Assembly (NCBI RefSeq): GCF_018977255.1
Contig: NW_024704742.1
Span: 45,014,001-45,078,000, forward strand
From: Callorhinchus milii
Taxonomy: Eukaryota
Length of the DNA: 64,000 bases
Reading direction: 5' to 3'
The notes beneath the pieces were generated by a model. That model had not been told where the DNA came from, did not search any database, and saw only the letters and a list, made by a program, of their open reading frames with translations. The position numbers and the translations under genes were made by a program. This document shows, one piece after another, positions 38,855-53,010 of this stretch (positions are counted from its first letter, which is position 1; every line of letters begins with the position of its first letter).

Positions 38855-40305
38855 GCATGAAACTGACAACCTGCTACCTCAATCCCATCCCTACCCATCT
38901 TCTTACCTCCCAACCCCTCTACTCACAGCCATTATAAACCTCTCCCTGTCCACTGGTACTGTTCCCACCTGATTAAAAATGCCATCATCACTCCCATCCT
39001 TAAAAAACCCTCCCTGGTTCCATCACTGCTCTCAAACTACCATCCCATCTCCAACCTCCCTTTCCTCTGGAACGAGTTATTGCTTCCCAGCTTCGAACCT
39101 TCCTCTCCCGCCACTCACTTCATGAACCCCTCCAATCAGGTTTCCGTGCCACCGTGCACAGAAACAGCCCTGGTCAAAGTGACAAATGACATTCTGTCCA
39201 TCTATGATCGTGGTTCCCTTTGCCTTCTCAACCTGTTTTTTGCCTTCGACACTGTTGACCACTCTATACTCACCCACCTCCTCTTCTCTTACCTAAACCT
39301 TCACGGCTCTGTTCTTCACTCGTTCAGAATGTACCTCTCACACCACCTCCACTCATCTCCATAAACGGTTTCTCTTCTAGCCCCCGCAACATCTCATACG
39401 GGATCCTCAGGACTCTGTCCTTAGTCCCCTTCAATATCTATATGCTCCCTCCTGGTGACAACATTCACAGACGTGGGGTTAACTTCCACATATATGCGGA
39501 TGTCACCCCACTGTATCTCTCTGATTCCACCCTTGACTCCAGGACCACTGCTGTCCTGTCTGAATGTCTGTCAGACATCAAGTCCTGAATGAGAGCTAAC
39601 TTTCTTCAGTTGAACGTCAACAAGGCCCTCAACTATCCTTTCTACCTAACATCCTGTGTCATGACATGCTCTGCCTTCCCCTACCTCCACAACATCGCCT
39701 GGCTCTGTCTCACTGTCTCACAACACAGATCGCCGAAACCCTCAAACACTCATTCATAACATCCAGGCTTGACTACGCAAACTCCTTGCCTGTCAGCTTC
39801 CCCAACTCCTCCCTCCATAGGCTGCAGATCATCCAGGACCCTGAAGCCTGTGTCATCTCTTGCACCAGGCTCCGTGAACCTATCACCCCCATCCTCACCG
39901 AACTCCACTGGCTTCCCATCACACAGAGGATACAGTTCAAGATCCTGGTCCTCACATTCAAAGCTCTCCATGGCCTACCTTCCCCCTTCCTCTGCGATCT
40001 CCTCACCGCCTGATCGGGCCTGCTTCACATCCCCCGCCTCACCCATCCCACCATTGGCTGGCGGGTGTTCAGCCACTCTGCCCGCTTCCTGTGGAACTCC
40101 ACCTTATCCTCTCCATTGCCTCCTTCAAGATCCATCTCAAGATCCTCCTCTATGACTGTGCTTTCGATTACCCTGCTTTCCCCCCTGCTTGTCCACCCTC
40201 CCCAATCCCAAACCCCAGCTCGGGTCCGAAACACTGATTGTCCAGCGCCTTGGGATGTCCTCCTGACATGAAAGGCTCTATACAAATGTAATTTTGTTGT
40301 TGTTA
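38855..40305 (+). mobile_element. L2 LINE, 5'-truncated
   Basis: TETALVKVTNDIL, AFDTVDHSIL, SRLDYANSL, ITPILTELHWLPITQRIQFKILVLTFKALHG; (ttg)n tail. Confidence 0.93.
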
Positions 40306-41493
40306 TTTTATAGTCCTTTTAGACATGTTAAATGAAAAGTTTGTCAGTGTTAGCAGACAGCAAATAATAGACTCCATCAAGTGGGTGAATTCCAATCATT
40401 TTGGAATAAATTGAAGCTTCTTCAATAATATTAAAGATTTGCAGGAAGTCATATGGGTAGTTTTATAGACAAATGGTCTACTCTTCCATGATTGTTGCTG
40501 AATTACAGGGGAGCCTTATTATAGCGAATGGCTATAGATGCCTAAAATCCCAACCTGCACTTGAAAGGTGCAAAAGGAGGTTTCACTGTGCATATGTGTA
40601 GCCAATTGAGTCACTCCCTACATATTAATCTACTCCTTCTCTATACAAAATGGCTGCCTTCTGAGACATTATGTCACCCACAATATTAAACATGTGCAGG
40701 AAAAAGGAAGAGATGTTGGTGGTGAATTAATGTCATGGAAGTCAGCTATGGTAGAAACTGGCTGGTATATAGAAAACCAACCAACTGGCTGTGCATGTGT
40801 ACAGTGAATGAGATCCACACTGCAACCTTGTGATAAGTGGATTAAAATTATATAGAATCATGTGATAATATGGTTTCATGATACTATGTGTTGGTTTGGT
40901 TTTCTCAGTGTGGAAGTGAAAGCAGTATTTGCCGACCACCTGGTCAAATTTGTGGTTCAATTCTGTTGTTATAATTATCACCAGCAATAATTATGAACCC
41001 AAAGAATAGCTTGACAAATTCTGCACACCATTATCTTTGTGTTTAGCAATCCTGGTGTTGATCGTGGTAATATGTCAGTCAATCCTGCTTCACAAGATAC
41101 CAACTTTGGGCAAAACCATTTGAAAAGCATTAGGAATATTTCCCCAGTAGTTATTACTAGCCAGAATATCTCCAGGAGAAAATATCCACTGATGTAATAA
41201 TTATCACCAATGATAACTACACAAGAAATACAAGATGTTTAATCCCCATAAAGCCAAAAGTGGAACAGTGTTGGACTGCTTGGATCTTAATTTAAAAATT
41301 GTGGATTCTGTTTGTCAGCAAATTAATTGACTTTAAAAACACATGCCAAGTCAATACGTTTACTGATAAATAGAGAAAAAAAACCTAAAGGTTAACTTCC
41401 GAAAGGTTGTAACTATGCTGCTGTATATGAGATGATAACTTTGAGGCAGTATCACATTGCTTCTGTTGAATTAGATTGATCTAAAATCTATTG

Positions 41494-41864
41494 ATAATAA
41501 TAGTCCTTGCATTTTGACACAGCGCTTTTCACATCTTTTAGATGTCTCAAAGCGCTTCACAGAATATACTGTAAAGTGAATTGACTATATATTTGTGGTT
41601 GAAACGCAGCAGCCAATTATGCACAGCAGTGTCCCACAAACAGTCATAGATTGAGTGACCAAATTATTATTGTTTTTTTTAAGGATTATTATCCCCGGAA
41701 AAGCAATCTGCCAATTGACTAACAACCGGGTTCCTACTTAGTGCTAGGTAAAGAGAGGCGTGTAGAGTAAGGAAATTTGCCCAACATTTTGCCCTGCCAG
41801 GAATGGAACCCAGGTCTTTTGCTTGCGAGGCGAGTGCTGTAACCACTGTGCTACAGGACTCCAC
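41494..41864 (-). mobile_element. tRNA-derived SINE, long form, full length
   Basis: Reverse complement starts gtggagtcctgtagcacagtggtta, includes the ~70-bp long-form segment and the tail. Confidence 0.93.
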
Positions 41865-42486
41865 AGTAATATAGTAATAGTAAGATTATAGTAATAATGC
41901 AAATTTTTTTGCTTGCATTGCAAAATTTGTATTGTGATTTCAGTTATTGATGTAACAATGTCCTTAACTTGCGTTACTTTTAATGAATTTTGTGTTCATT
42001 AACTTGAGGGATGTTCATGCTGGAAAACAGAACTCCCACTGCTCTGCTCCAACAGTGGATTTCAACCCAACCTTAGAGTAACTGAAACAGTCTGTCATTG
42101 TATTGCTTCTTAGAGCAAGTTTGGAGTTTAAAAAACAAGTAACTTGTGCCTTGCACAAGAAAATGGTCTTATGACTTAAAATTTGTCTCCTCCTGGGACT
42201 CCCACGTACACGTCTCTGTAGAAGCATATTACATCTCAAGACACTTTCATAAGTAGTACCAATTTGGTGAAATTGGTAAGGGCAGTTTTTATGGGCCTCA
42301 TACTCACAAGGAAATGAATTAAGACTGCCCTAATTTAATCTACAAATAAGGCTTTTATATCCCATAGATAGAATTGTTTTCTGACCGATTCTAGGCTGGA
42401 TTCAAATATAGAATCCAGCACAGACTGAAGAATCTATCACTTCAGTAATTGGTCATTTGGCCATTCAAAAGGGATTACTATTAGAA

Positions 42487-42780
42487 ATAATGATCCTTAT
42501 ATTTTATCTAACACCTTTCATATCAGGAGGAAGTTTCAAAGCACTTCATAGGATCTTATTTTAAAGTGTAGTGATTGTCTATTTTGTAGGTAAACATAGA
42601 ACCAATGTGCGTACAGCAAAGTCTCACAAAGAGTAATGAAGTGAATGATTAGTTTTATTAATTGTATTTTTGGCCAGAACACTGGGTGAAACTCCTTTTT
42701 CTTTTTTCAGTGGTGTGATGCGATCTTTAAAGTCCACCTGACCATCTGTCTCATCCAAGGACGGTACCTCCATATGAGTT
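42487..42780 (-). mobile_element. Deu-domain SINE (old)
   Basis: Tail plus gatctttaaagtccacctg (reverse complement of the Deu core). Confidence 0.7.
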
Positions 42781-43654
42781 CAAAGTTGTAAAGTGGGCCT
42801 TTGGACTTGGAGACGAGAAATTAAGAATTGTGAATTAATAGTAATACAAAGATCATATAACAAAATCCAAAACAAGCAATGCAATGACAAATAAGATTAA
42901 AATAATGTACAGTGTTTTTTTGTCTATCACAGCAGGTTTCTGATTGCTTGGATCTTCTCCTGATAGTGATAGTGTCTGTCTAATGAGTGATGTATAATCT
43001 AAGGCTCAGTTTCCAGCAGCACCTTTTCAACTTATTTGTGTCTGTGGGAAGAAAGAAAATGTGCATTTACATGGATCATCTGTCTGTTTTACTTCAGAAG
43101 ACAAAGGGAATTTGAAACCTTAGATTAAAATTAATTGTTTGGGTAACCCTGTGCATAGAAACATAATGCATCTTGTCTGAGTAATGAAGCTGTGATCTTT
43201 TTAAACAATTGAGTGTCATTTTTCAGCCTTAACACTGCATCCCTGAGCACTAACCCTGTTGAACATCTGACTAGACTACATAACAAATGGGATTAATTAG
43301 GTGTCCTGAACAGGTGCTGAAAATTGCACTTTGGTTTGTAAGTTAGTGTCGTTCATTTTAGTACTTTTACAGCTTCACACATGCTTACCGAAGTCAACTC
43401 AAAACAGGCTCTATTTGAAAAGGTTACTGATGCAATCAATCATAGCAGCATGAAAAGAAGCAATTAACCCATTCTAAAGTAAAACAGCAGCAAACCTCTA
43501 TTAATATGTCTACCTGAACTAAATATTCATTTAACTCTAACATCAGTGTTTTCTATTTCAGTCCCTATAATAAGCATAGATTTGTGAGGCAGACATTTCT
43601 GAGGCACTAAAAGTCTTGACTATCATGTCTAAATAAAATGTCAAATGTGTCCAT

Positions 43655-45470
43655 CGGCAGATCTGGCTGGACCTTATCAAATCTTACCGCTCTGCCCTCG
43701 CCTCGCTAAATCTTGGAGGCCAAGGACAACTCCATCACCAGAAATTTCAGGATAAGTAATAGAGGCCTAGTCAAGTTGAACTATTGTTGTTGGAAATCAG
43801 CATGAACTCTTGTCATAAGTCCAACTATCAAACAACAACTCCATCACCAACTGGCTTCTCTGCCCACCCTTTCATGCCTCACCCATCCTCTCCTCCAACT
43901 CCAAATGTGAGGCGATGCTGGACTTCCTCGAAATGAAAAAGGATTTTGATTCGCTCAGCTGCCTCTGCCCTTCCATCTACTAACCTCTCGCTATCTCCCC
44001 CTCAAACCTGAGCCCCTATCTATCCCTTCCTCCGCACCTTCAAACCTGTCTCCCCACTTCTCTCTCACCACCATTATAACCTACATGAAACCGACCACCT
44101 GCTCCCTCGACCCAATCTATATCCCTCTTCTTACCTCCCAGCTCCACCTCCTTGCCCCTCTACTCACAGGCATCATAAACCTCTCTCTGTCTACTGGTAC
44201 CATTCCCACCCTTTTAAAAATGGTTGTCATCACACCTATCCTTAAAAAACCCTCCCTGGACCCATCCCTGCTCTTAAACTACCGCCCCATCTCCAAACTC
44301 CCTTCCCTTTCCAAGGTCCTGGAAGGAGTTGCTGCTTCTCAGCTTTGCTACTTCCTCTCCCACCACTCCCTGTCTTTGAATGGTTCCGATACTCACATTG
44401 TCTCCACTTCATCTCCACAAACATTTTCTCCTCTAGCCACATGCACCATCTTGTATGGACTTCCTCAGGGCTCTGTCCTTGGTCCCCTCCTCTTCAAAAT
44501 CTATATGCTCCCTCTTGTTGACATCATCCGCAAACATAGGGTCAACTTTCACATATATGCGAATAACACCCAACTCTATCTCTCTGCCTCCACCCTTGAC
44601 ACTAGGACTTCTGTTGTCCTGACAGAATGTCTGTCAGACATCAAGTCTTGGAAGAGAGCAAACCTTTTCAGTTCAATGTCAACAAGACCGAGGCCATCCT
44701 GATTACCTCCCATCAGTGCCTCCTCACCTCAGGCGCTGACAGCACCACCATCCAAGGATGCACAATCCACCTCACTGAGCTAGTCCAGAACCTTAGCATC
44801 TTGTGTGACCCTCAACTATTCTTTCTACCCTCATCTGTGCCATGACCCACTCTGCTTCCCCAACAACTATCTACTATCTCACACTGCAGGCCACCAAAAC
44901 CCTCATACACACATTCATAGCATCCAGGCTTGACTATGAAAACTCCCTGATTGTTGCCCACCCCAACTCCTCCCTCTATAGACTGCGGATTTTCCAGAAC
45001 TAGGCAGCCCATGTCCTCTTCCAATCCAGGCTCCATGACCCTATCACCCCCATCCTCATCCAAATCTACTGGCTTCCCATCATACAAAGGATACAGTTCA
45101 AGATCCAGGTACTCATCTCTAAAGACCTCCTTGCCCTTGCTCTCACTACCTCTGCGACCTTCTAAACCCCTACCAATTTGACCACTCCCTCCGGCCTGCT
45201 TCACGTACCCCTCCTCGCCCACCCCACTCTGGCTCCACACTCTGGAACTCCGTCCCAAAATCCCTCCACCTAACCCCTTGACTCCTTCAAGACCCTTTTC
45301 AAGACCCTCCTCTTTAACCATGCCTTTGATCACCCTGCTTCTTTCCCTTCCCTCATCCTCCCCGATGCCGACTCCCAGCTCATGTCCAAAACACTGATTG
45401 TCCAGTGCATTGGGACGTCATCCTGACGTCAAAGGAGCTATACAAATTCAATTTTGTGTTCTTGTTGTTT
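43655..45470 (+). mobile_element. L2 LINE, 5'-truncated, containing an inverted copy of its 3' flank
   Basis: [54 protein letters not shown]; tail at ~45450-45470. Confidence 0.92.
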
Positions 45471-46939
45471 GATAGTTGGACTTATGGCAAGAGTTCACAC
45501 TGATTCTGAACAACAATAGTTAACTTGACCAGGCCTCCATTGCTTATCCAGAAGATTTATTTTGTGCGGATATAGTTGAACCTTGTTAGTAAGCATTGGA
45601 TTATTTATCACATTGCTAGAGGCTCTGTTTGCATTATTCTGCTCCCAGTGTGAAACAATAAATATTAATCACTTCATTTGAATGGACTTCCATAAGCATT
45701 TGCATTGGTGTGCTGAAATTTCAGGACTTATCAGGGAGGACTTTTTCCAGTATTATCCTCCAACGCTTGCAAATATAACAGGAGCTGAGGGTAAAGAATC
45801 CCTGTACCCAGTGAACTGTCCATCCATCCAAGTGCTGCCTAGAAATTAAGCTGGCTGGTGTGTCATCAGGAATTCTCTGAGAAATGTGGATCCATTTACC
45901 TCAGAAACAATTACTAAGACTGCCACACAGAGTAGACGAAAATCTGACATCCATAAGCAAGCAGATCAATTTGGAGTTTGATCTTCCCTCACAAAGAGGA
46001 AGCGGAGATATTGGAATTCAGAGCTCACTTGAGCACCTGGTCACTAGGCTCAGGCCAGGCTTGCCCTGCTGGAGAGGCCATCCGGTTATCTGACTTGTTC
46101 GGTGTCATGAAGACGTGGTTCAGCTCTGCATTGTCCTTTGACAATTTTGGACCTTGAAGAGTTTGGGGGGGATTGGGGCTTGTCTGCGGGGACAAACCTT
46201 GTTTCTAAAATGGACCGTTTCAGTCTAATTCAGTTAAATGGGGGTCAGCAGGCCTAACTTCGCTCACCAATAAAAAATACATTAAAAAAATTTGGAGTCA
46301 GTTCTGGCCCCAAGGTAAACTCACTTGTAGAATAAGTGTCTTCTCCCAACTAGGATATTCACCAGTTGGCTATTTGACAACCAAACTGACCCTATTGCTT
46401 AAGTAGCTTTCAGATTTTGAAATAGTATGCGTCACAAGAACCTAAAGTGACTCACATTTGGGATCTCTTATATAACCAGCTATGATCACACAATAGGGGC
46501 AGTGCATTTAATCTAACATGATTTTACTTACAATCTGACACTTACCAAGAAATAAATTACCTAACGTGACCACTTGCTCATGACCATCATTTCATGTACT
46601 TAAATTGCAATCTCCTTCACAGTTCAACAACTTCAGACTTAAGAAAGAGTTGAAAATTGCTTCATAACTCTCATAGAAAAGAAATTCTAACTAAAACATT
46701 TGTCATTGCCATTTGTTACTAAATACAAATCTCAAGCTTCAAATAACAACTGCTGTTTAACAGTGTAAAATGCTACAATGGTTTTATTGGCATTATTTAC
46801 TATTTACTGTTAATTTGTCAACATTCTAATTCTCTAGACTTGAAATCAAAGCCCTTCGAGAAGTCAGGGATAAATTTCTGCCCTTGTAGATATACAGATT
46901 TACTAGGATGGGCAAATAAAGAGTTTACTTTTGAGAAAT

Positions 46940-47730
46940 TTGAAATAGTAGATTTTGGGAAAAGAACAAACAAAAGAAGCATATCCTAACTGAAATAGTT
47001 CTCAATAATGCAGGACAGCGAGGAACAGCGAGATTATAGGGTTGTTTATACGTGGATCTTTAAAGGGAAGAGTGCAGGTTGAACAGACCTAAGAAAAGCA
47101 AAAAGGATTCTAGGTTTAATACATGGAGGCGCTGAATATAAAATCAAAGAAGTGACATTATATTTATACAGACAATGGCGTACAGGACACAGCTGGACTA
47201 TTGTGTACATTTCTGTGTGCCCCGTTAAGGAAAGACACCAGAGCCATGGAAAGGGTACAACTCAGATACACAGGGATGATATGAGGAGTGAAGAGGCATA
47301 GCTTTGAGAACAGTCTTGTAAATCTTGTATGTTTCTATAGAAAGGAAAAAGGTTAACAGGAGATCTAATAGAGGTAGTCGTAATTCTGAATTTTGTGAGG
47401 ATAGATAATGTAAGATTAATCCAGCCACCAGGGAAATCAATAATACGGGTACACACCTCAGCATGGTCACTGGAGATTATAAGAATTTTTTTCAGCAAGG
47501 AAGTTGTCTGAATATGAATGCTTACCACAAATAGTTATTGAGGATCACAGCAATATTTAAAGGGAATTAGATACACATTTCAGGAGGAAGAATTATTCAA
47601 GAGGAAGTACAGTGGGATACAGGGTAAGAACAAGGATTTGGGATTAGAATATTTAGCTCTAATTGATGAGCTGGCATCAGACTAGGTATAATGGTCTGAA
47701 AGGCTTCCTCCTCTGGTGTCACTTCTACAG
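46940..47730 (+). mobile_element. Old CR1 LINE 3' region
   Basis: EKFEIVDFGKR (a KCEV.HFG-like motif), LDYCVHF, degenerate 3' UTR. Confidence 0.7.
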
Positions 47731-50056
47731 ATTTATCTTTTGAAACTTGACTGAGATACCTGGGGATCACTTATACAACTCTCACTATTCAAACATTTAC
47801 CAATAAGTTCTAGAGTAAAGTCAATAATGTTAGACTTTTAGCCAGGCTGCAACATTTTAAAGGAAATAATACATTTTCTGGGCACTACAGTAAGTTTACA
47901 TTTTGAATCTAAAATCTGAAATGTAATCGTGTTCTTTGCATCAGTGTGCACAGATGTGTTTATTTCCATTAATAATCATATATATATCTAAGAATTACCA
48001 CACAGTGCTTCAGGTTTGCATTCTTAGCTCCACAGATGGATATTCCTTCAAGTATTTATTAAATATTGCTGTATGAAAAGGATATAAAAAGTTCTGATGA
48101 AACATTCATGTACAATAGAATATCAGTGCATGCCATCTCCTCTGTTGCAATATAATCTGCCCACTCCATAAACCTGACTCAAAACTATCATTGTCTCTAC
48201 AAATGAGTATTTTTTAAAAGATTCATCCTCCAGAACTTTTGCTGTGTGTTGACTAGGTGATGTCATAGCAGAATACATCTAGAAGCAACTGCATTATGAC
48301 AAATACATCAGAGTAACTGATGGAACAGATTTGGCAAAATTATACTGCAAGTAAATTGTTCAAATTCTCTTGTTTGTTTCACTGATCTCGGTTCAGCGTG
48401 TAACACTACTCTGTGCACACTGACTTCCAGGCAACAATACTGCCAAGGTTCAAATTATTTCAATAGGAAAGTATGGAGTGAAGCTCTTCTGCTTTACTGA
48501 AAGAAAACAATTTATATTGATACAGAATGCTGTGAAGTGATTGTACCAGCTTTTCTTGTAAAAAATGGATGTCTTGCTTAAAAATGAACAACTCTTTGAT
48601 GTGCTTTCAGACTGAATATTGAGGCTGTAATAATAATAATCCTTACATTTGTTATACAATAACTTGCATTGTTACAGAGCCTTCCACATTGGAAAGACAC
48701 CTTAAAGCACTTCACAGGATGGAGTGACCATAATTTTACAGCAGTTACATCTCTTTATTACATCTCTCCAGCGCCTTGGGACGTCCTCCTGACGTGAAAG
48801 GCGCTTTATAAATGGAATCTTGTTGTTGTTGTTGTTGTTTATTAAGTCTCTGACATGGAATAATAAGTCATTCTTATCAAGTACCTGACTTAGGATCATA
48901 GAAATTAAAGAATAAATGGAGGCCATCCAGCTAAATCATTAATTGGAGCTATCCCAATTTCCTATTCTTTTCCGTATTCTCTTATATATTTCCTCTTCAG
49001 ATGTTCATCCAATTCTGTGCTCAATTGGCTGCCACATTTTGCTGACAAAATATAGTCATTTCACTTTACAGTACATTCCGTGAAGCACTTTGAGACATCT
49101 CAAGGATGTGATCAGGCGCTATATCAAATGCAAACATTATTATTCTTAATTCTGTTTTATTTTTTACAGTCTTAGCCTTCATAGCCTGTGACCACATATT
49201 AAAGGGTTGAAATTATGCCTGTGAGACTATTTCATCTTAAAATTTAAGATGGCATAGAATGAGCAAAACCAGCTTCCAAATTGTGACCACATTTAAGAAT
49301 ATTCCCCAATTCTGCAGCACCTTAAATTAAAATTTAATTAGTGTAACACTAATTACAGTGTTAGCCCTGATGTAATTTGGGGCCTTGGATTTTCCAATAG
49401 TGCACAGGATAAAAAATTTGCTTTAAACACCTTCCTCCTACAAACTATGATTGGCTTCTGTTAAAATATTCTATGATCTTATCAAATCAAGCCAACATCA
49501 AAAAATTCCTTACTGACAATAAATGATCCTTACATTTGGTATAGCACCTTTCACATTAGGCACTATACCAAATGTAATGGTTATTATTATTAATACCGGA
49601 GCTCATAAAAGGATTTGAAATTCCTGAATCCCAGATGTATTGTGGCTAACAATGTCTAAATCCATTTGGATGCACACTTCACGGAAATCAAAAATGAGAA
49701 GGAGTGGAATTCAAAAGGCTCATTCGCAACACATCCAGGTTTCACAATTCAAAAATTCCTTTGCAAACTCACAAATCAAATGAGTTTAGACATTCAACTT
49801 GTGGGATGAATCTGTAGTGTTTAAGTGTCCCTTATGTGTCAGTCTTAGTCAAAAAATCTGCCAGAATCTTTGCTGTGAGGAATAGAAAACCTGAATCTGG
49901 TACATCGGAAAATAGCCTTCAGAGTTTGTCGGTAAACCAATACCATTGGAGCAGAAGATTTATTTTAGTCCTTGTTGAAACTAGTTAAAAAAATCGAAAG
50001 GTGCTCCATTCCCCAATGTGGACAACCTTTGATCTTGTTAACTCTAAATTCACTAA

Positions 50057-50810
50057 ACAACAACAAAATTACATTTGTATAGTGCCTTTCATGTTGGAAG
50101 GACGTCCCAAGGCACTAGATAAACAGTATTTTGGTCCCGAGCTGGGGGTCGGGATTGGGGAGGGTAGAAGACAGGGGGAAGGAGAGTGACCAAAGGCATG
50201 GTCGAAAAGGAGCATCTTGAGACGGGTCTTGATGGAGGCAAGGGAGGGGTCGAGGCAGAATGGAGTTCCAGAGGGTGGGGCCAGAGTTTCAGAAGGCCTG
50301 ACCGCCAAAGTTGGGGTGGGCGAGGTGGAGGACATGAAGCAAGCCAGAGTCTGCTAAGCGAAGGGAGCTGGCAGGTTGGTAGGGGGTTAGAAGGTTTCAG
50401 AGGTAGGACAGAGCAAGGCCATGGAGGGTTTTCAAGGTGAGGATCAGGATCTTGATTTGTATCCTCTGTGTGATGGGAAGCCTGGTACGCGAGAGGACGC
50501 AGGTGCAGAGTTCTGGATGGTCGGCAGCCTATGGAGGGAGGAGTTGGGGAGGCCGACAAGCAAGGAGCTTGTATAGCCTGGATGTTATGAATGAGGATCT
50601 CGGGGGCCTGCGGTGTGCGACAGTGGCTAAACCGAGCGATGTTGCGGAGGTGGGGGAAGGCAGAGCGGGTCATGGCACGGATGTGGGCTATGAAGGATAG
50701 TTGAGGTTCAAGCAAGATGCCAAGGTTATTGACTGGCTTAGCAGGTGGAGTGTGCATGCTTTGATGGTGATGCTGTCAGTGCTTGAGGTGTGGAGGCGTT
50801 GATGGGTGCG
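50057..50810 (-). mobile_element. L2 LINE 3' fragment
   Basis: KPVNNLGILLEPQLSF, HLRNIAR; (aac)n tail at left. Confidence 0.9.
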
Positions 50811-50984
50811 CCTCCAAGATTGCGTGGTGAAGCAATTGCTGAAGATTGCTGAGAATAAGAAGTATTTGGAGTAGGGCTTTCTTTTGAAAATTCATTCAAA
50901 TAAATTGAGAAGCTCTGTGGTTGTAGCTCAGCACTGTTAATGGTGAAAGTTTGTAAAAATTGATGACCCCTCCCCTATAATATT

Positions 50985-51337
50985 AATAAAAATCTTTGCA
51001 TTTGATATAGCATGTCTTCTTGACGTCACAAAGCGCTTCAGAGAATATACTTAAAGTGAATTGTATATTCTGTTGGTGAAATGTGGCAGCCAATTATGCA
51101 AAGGAGTGTCCCACAAACAGTCATGGATTGAGTGACCACATTTTTTTTATATAAGGGATTATTATTCCCGGAAAAGCGAATACACCAATTGACTAACCAG
51201 GTTTCTACTTACTGCTAGGAAAACAGAAGCATGCGGAGTAAGGAAATCTGCCCAATGTTTCGCCCTGCCCGGGAATCAAATCCAGGTCCTCTCACTTGCA
51301 AGGCTAGTGCTCTAACCAATGAGCTTCAGGAGTTCAC
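50985..51337 (-). mobile_element. tRNA-derived SINE, long form
   Basis: Colinear with 41494-41864. Confidence 0.88.
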
Positions 51338-51359
51338 ACAATGACTTTAATAAATCAAC

Positions 51360-52160
51360 AAGACAACAACAGCAACATTAGATTTGTATAGAGCCTTTCA
51401 TGTTAGGAGGTGGGCCCAATGCACTGGACAATAAATGTTTCGGACCCGAGCTGGGTCAGGGAGGGTGGAAGGCAGGGGAGAAGGAGAGTTATCGAAGCCA
51501 CATTCGAAGAGGAGGGTTTTGAGATGGGTGTTGAAGGAAGCAAGACGGAGGGACTGCGGGATAGAGTGGCAGCGGGTGGAGGCAGAGTGGCTGAAGGCCC
51601 GCCTACCAATGGTGGGGCAGGCAAGGTGAGGGACGTGAAGCAGGTCAGAGACCGCTGAGCGGAGTGGGTGCAAGGTCATAAAGAGCCTTGAAGGTGAGGA
51701 TTAGGATCTTGAACTGTATCCTTTGTGTGATCGGAAGCCAGTGGAGTTTGGTGAGGAAGGGGGTGATAGGGTCACGAAGCCTGATGCGGGAGAGGACATG
51801 GGCTGCAGAGTTCTGGATGATCTGCAGCCGATGCAGGGAGGAGTTGGAGAGGCTGACAAGCAAGAAGTTTACGTAGTCAAGCCTGGATGTAATGAAAGTG
51901 TGTATGAGGGTTTCAGCGGCCTGCGGTGTAAGACAGTGGCGGAGCCGGGCAATATTGCGGAGGTGGGCGAAGGTAGAGTGAGTCATGAAAAAGATGTGGG
52001 GTAGAAAGGATAGTTGAGGGTCAAACGAGATCCAAGGTTCCGGACTGGCTTAGTGAGGTGGATGGTGATATTGTCAGCGCCTGAGGTGAGCTTCAGTCTT
52101 GTTGACATTCAACTGAAGAAAGTTAGCTCTCATCCAGGACTTGATGTTTGACAGACAGTA
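51360..52160 (-). mobile_element. L2 LINE 3' fragment
   Basis: [44 protein letters not shown]. Confidence 0.92.
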
Positions 52161-52566
52161 GACAATGTTAGTGGTGACCCTGAATGTACTGTAAGGGATT
52201 GTTACTTTGAAAATGTAGCTGATTTCTTTTCAGTTACAAACTACAAAATGAAGTCATTAGTTTAACGATATCAAAGAAAGGAAAAATATTTTCTGCTTCT
52301 AGTTCAAATTCATCCCATCTATACTATATTATGATCTGGGAAAGTCATTCTTGGTAAGTTTATGAAACTGACGTATTTCCGAACACCTGTTTCAGCCAGA
52401 TGTGTTGTAAATAATAACACAGCAGAACAGCTAGTTTTACTATTTCCCATCTGTATGAAGCTTCACAATTCTGAGGAGGCAGCAGAGTAGTATTTAGACA
52501 TTCCAAGACAATAGAAAAACAACAACTTACATTTATTTTGCACTCTTCACACAAAATACCATCTCA

Positions 52567-53010
52567 GAACCATAGAAATTTATAGCACAGAAGAAGGCCA
52601 TTCAGCCCATTGTGTTTGTTCTGGCTCTTTTAAAGAGCAATCCTCTCAGTCCCATTTACCTGACTTTTCCATTTTTTTAAAACCTTTTTAAATCGTTACT
52701 GATTGCTTTAAATTGCCATCTAATCAACAACAAACAACAATAAATGGCATTTAAATTGCTTTCAGTCACTGATTCAAGGACCAGTGGAAATAAATTATCT
52801 CTATTGACTTTCTCAAAACACCTCATAATTTTAAAGACTTCAAAAATCCCCAGTTCCTCCAATCAGATCATAGGCTAAACCACTCATCCTTGGTATCATC
52901 TAAGGAAATCTCTTCTGCACCCCATATTGATGTATTTCCTAAAGTGTGGTGACCTAAACTGGACACAATATTCTAACTACAATCTAACAAGCAATTTATA
53001 TAAATTTAGC
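52567..53010 (-). mobile_element. CR1 LINE 3' region
   Basis: agaaccatagaaatttatagcacagaagaaggccattcagccc (reverse complement of the CR1 3' UTR and tail); EVFKIMRCFEKV; LEYCVQF. Confidence 0.8.

Noticed and set aside
43742..45558. 97-bp inverted repeats read as DNA transposon TIRs
   Set aside because: The left arm sits inside L2 ORF2 sequence, the right arm begins in the L2 tail, and there is no TSD or transposase.
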